Assembly: GCA_902780395.1 (NCBI GenBank) | Contig: CACZFH010000008.1 | Span: 20,278 to 84,277 of the forward strand | Origin: an uncultured Erysipelotrichaceae bacterium | Lineage (GTDB): Bacteria > Bacillota_I > Bacilli_A > RF39 > UBA660 | Direction: 5' to 3' | DNA: 64,000 bases | Shown here: piece after piece, positions 61,796 to 64,000 of the stretch | Layout of the letters: each line of letters begins with the position of its first letter | Position numbering within the stretch: the stretch's first letter is position 1 | Translations under genes and position numbers: made by a program | Notes under the pieces: generated by a model | What the model was told of the DNA's origin: nothing | The model's input: the letters and a program-made list of their open reading frames with translations, nothing else | Databases searched by the model: none

Positions 61796-62980
61796 ATGAC
61801 ACAGTATTGTTCATCACCATTTCTAGTAACATTCTTGCCAGCAGTAAGAAAAATAATTGTAATTATTCAAATAATTGTACCAATTTTACTAATCATTGCA
61901 GCAACTCTAAGATTTCTAAGTTTAATGAAAGATCCAGAACAAAAAAATGGTACAAAGAAAATCGTTAATATGGTGATAGCAGCTGTTATTATCTTTTTCA
62001 TTCCTATGTTTATAGATGTTGTAATGGGAATGCTAGGAACGAAAACAACTATAAGTTCTTGTTGGAAAAATGCAAAAGAATATGAAGCAAATACATCCTA
62101 TATAGATTATGATGAAGAAAAAAAGCATGTACTAATAGACCCAGAACGATATGAAAAAGGCAATCCTAAAAATCAAGGTGTTGGAGCAGGGCCAGCCAAT
62201 AGTATTAGTGATAAAACAGATTATGCAAATAAAGCCTTAAATGTAGTAAAAGTAGTGAATACAAACGCCAATAGTTCAGGAAGAAAATATAGATCAGTGC
62301 AAGCAGCTTGCTATAATGGAAGACATGTTGTTTATGCGCAAAATACGAATTATGGAACAACTGAAAATTCTAGTAAGGGAGGCAGAATTTGTTGGTCTAT
62401 ACTAGAAACAGGCGAACAAGTAAAATGCGTAGATGTTGGAGAAGAAGGAGGCCATATGGATGGCTTAGCTTATGATAATGATCGAGGCTATGTTCTAAAA
62501 ACTTCTACTAATAAACGATTGATGTTATTTGATAATGTCACAATGGAATTTAAAGGTTATTCAAGTATTGATAATTACCATGTAGGAATTACGTATGTCC
62601 CTTCTATCCATATGTTAGTAGGATATTCTGGAGGCTCTCTTATCTTTTATAAATACAGCACAATAAACAATAAATATAAGAAAGAGAAAACAGTACCATT
62701 AAAGAATTATACAGGAAAGAGTGTTCAAGGGTTAGGGACAGATGGAACCAATATTTTTATTGCTGATTCTAGCCCTTATACAAAATATCGCCGTTTGTAT
62801 ACCTATTCCATTACCGGCGAGAAGTTAGAAACATTATCTTTTGGTAGTGGCTTCGGTTCATTATCTGATGAAGTTGAAGCAGCTTTTGCCGACAATAATG
62901 GAGTATTATATTTGGCCTGTCCTTTAGGGATAGCTAAAGTTAATAATTATGTAGCAAATAAAATAGGATTAAAAAGTTAA
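61796..62980 (+). CDS. Pilin-like (TrbC/VirB2-like) two-TM hairpin fused to a probable beta-propeller domain
   Basis: IQIIVPILLII..K..IAAVIIFFIP..CW; C-terminal repeats SVQAAC, HMDGLAYD, GITYVP, VQGLGTDG, EVEAA. Confidence 0.55.
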   Translation: MTQYCSSPFLVTFLPAVRKIIVIIQIIVPILLIIAATLRFLSLMKDPEQKNGTKKIVNMVIAAVIIFFIPMFIDVVMGMLGTKTTISSCWKNAKEYEANTSYIDYDEEKKHVLIDPERYEKGNPKNQGVGAGPANSISDKTDYANKALNVVKVVNTNANSSGRKYRSVQAACYNGRHVVYAQNTNYGTTENSSKGGRICWSILETGEQVKCVDVGEEGGHMDGLAYDNDRGYVLKTSTNKRLMLFDNVTMEFKGYSSIDNYHVGITYVPSIHMLVGYSGGSLIFYKYSTINNKYKKEKTVPLKNYTGKSVQGLGTDGTNIFIADSSPYTKYRRLYTYSITGEKLETLSFGSGFGSLSDEVEAAFADNNGVLYLACPLGIAKVNNYVANKIGLKS

Positions 62981-62993
62981 AAGGAGAAAAACA

Positions 62994-64000
62994 ATGAAAA
63001 AACCAATTGTATTATGTATTTTAGATGGTTGTGGAGTAAGAGAAGAAAGTGATGGCAACGCTTTTAAAAATGCCAATACCCCAACCTTAGACTCATTATT
63101 TGAAAAATATCCCCATTCCATTCTTCAAGCAAGTGGAAAAGCCGTAGGATTACCAGAAGGCCAAATGGGAACAAGTGAAGTAGGACACATGAATATAGGT
63201 TCAGGAAGAGTTGCTATGCAACCTTTAGAAACAATAACAGCTTCTATCGAATCAAAAGAATTCTTTAGTAATGAAGAAATATTAAAAGTGATGAATCATG
63301 TCAAAGAAAATTCATCTACGCTTCATATCTTTGGATTATTATCAGATGGAGGAGTTCATTCACATATTAATCATGTCCTAGCGTTACTAGAAATGTGTAA
63401 AAGAGAGCAAATAGAAAAAGTATCATTTGATATCTGCTTAGATGGAAGAGATACTTATGAAAAAAGTGCCTTAACTTACTTAGATAAGTTAGAAGAAAAA
63501 ATGAAAGAATTAAACTTAGGTACTATCAATACCATATCAGGTAGATATTATGGTATGGATCGTGACAACAACTTTGATCGATTAAAATTATCATATGATG
63601 CTATTGTCTATGGAGAAGGGCCTAAATATAATTCTTATCAAGAACTAATAGAAGAAAACTATAAAAATGGAAAATATGATGAATTTGTTATTCCAGGTAT
63701 TATAGATTCTAATCCATTGAATGATAATGATGGAGTAATTGCCTTCAATTTTAGAAAAGATAGATTAAGAGAGATGTTTACCTTATTTTCCAATCCAACA
63801 GCTTATGAAGAACAAGCAAATGAAAAAGATTTAAAAGTAAAGCATTTCAATAATTTAAAAGTTTTGACTATGTATCCAGTAACAGAAACAGTTACTTGTC
63901 CACATGCTTTTAATGATTTAGATTTAAAAAATATCATGGTAGATTATCTTCATGAAAAAGGCTATAGCCAATTAAGAATAGCTGAAACAGAAAAATATCC
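62994..64000 (+). CDS. gpmI: 2,3-bisphosphoglycerate-independent phosphoglycerate mutase (runs off the window end)
   Basis: Translated by hand: MKKPIVLCILDG, GLPEGQMGTSEVGHMNIG, GLLSDGGVHSH, DGRD, SGRYYGMDRD, AETEKY. Confidence 0.95.
   Translation, partial: MKKPIVLCILDGCGVREESDGNAFKNANTPTLDSLFEKYPHSILQASGKAVGLPEGQMGTSEVGHMNIGSGRVAMQPLETITASIESKEFFSNEEILKVMNHVKENSSTLHIFGLLSDGGVHSHINHVLALLEMCKREQIEKVSFDICLDGRDTYEKSALTYLDKLEEKMKELNLGTINTISGRYYGMDRDNNFDRLKLSYDAIVYGEGPKYNSYQELIEENYKNGKYDEFVIPGIIDSNPLNDNDGVIAFNFRKDRLREMFTLFSNPTAYEEQANEKDLKVKHFNNLKVLTMYPVTETVTCPHAFNDLDLKNIMVDYLHEKGYSQLRIAETEKY

Noticed and set aside
63160-63195. GpmI motif MGTSEVGH instead of MGNSEVGH
   Set aside because: The catalytic Ser is retained; a single substitution is too weak to imply a new function

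Overview
A very AT-rich, densely packed chromosomal segment from a low-GC Firmicute using the standard code (TGA terminates intact genes). Gene content and protein style suggest an uncultured RF39/Erysipelotrichales-like member of the Bacilli; this taxonomy is an inference. Housekeeping genes (ligA, gatCAB, M29 aminopeptidase, uracil permease-upp, ylmH, mnmA, 5' part of gpmI) flank an ~43 kb cell-envelope neighbourhood. That neighbourhood holds a degenerate GGDEF sensor, YihY, an LTA-synthase-family protein, an LCP ligase, a GH73 autolysin, a kinase-less multi-PASTA protein and two wall hydrolases that share a 62-aa repeat, one of them split by a 58-bp duplication. It also holds a glycopolymer locus (GT2/GT4/GT32, pyruvyltransferase, Wzm/Wzt, GT-C-like proteins, GtrA/GtrB-like, acyltransferase, SGNH) and FemABX. 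No rRNA, tRNA, CRISPR, integrase or transposase was seen. The best candidates for new biology are two unannotated leader RNAs. One is a 31-codon U-rich leader ORF whose stop overlaps a terminator upstream of uracil permease-upp, with no PyrR site. The other is a ~70-nt switch-like attenuator upstream of the aminopeptidase. Also notable are a P1B-type ATPase lacking every canonical metal ligand and the TGE glutamate, and a likely active/inactive glycosyltransferase pair. All family calls come from motif recognition by eye; no searches were run.
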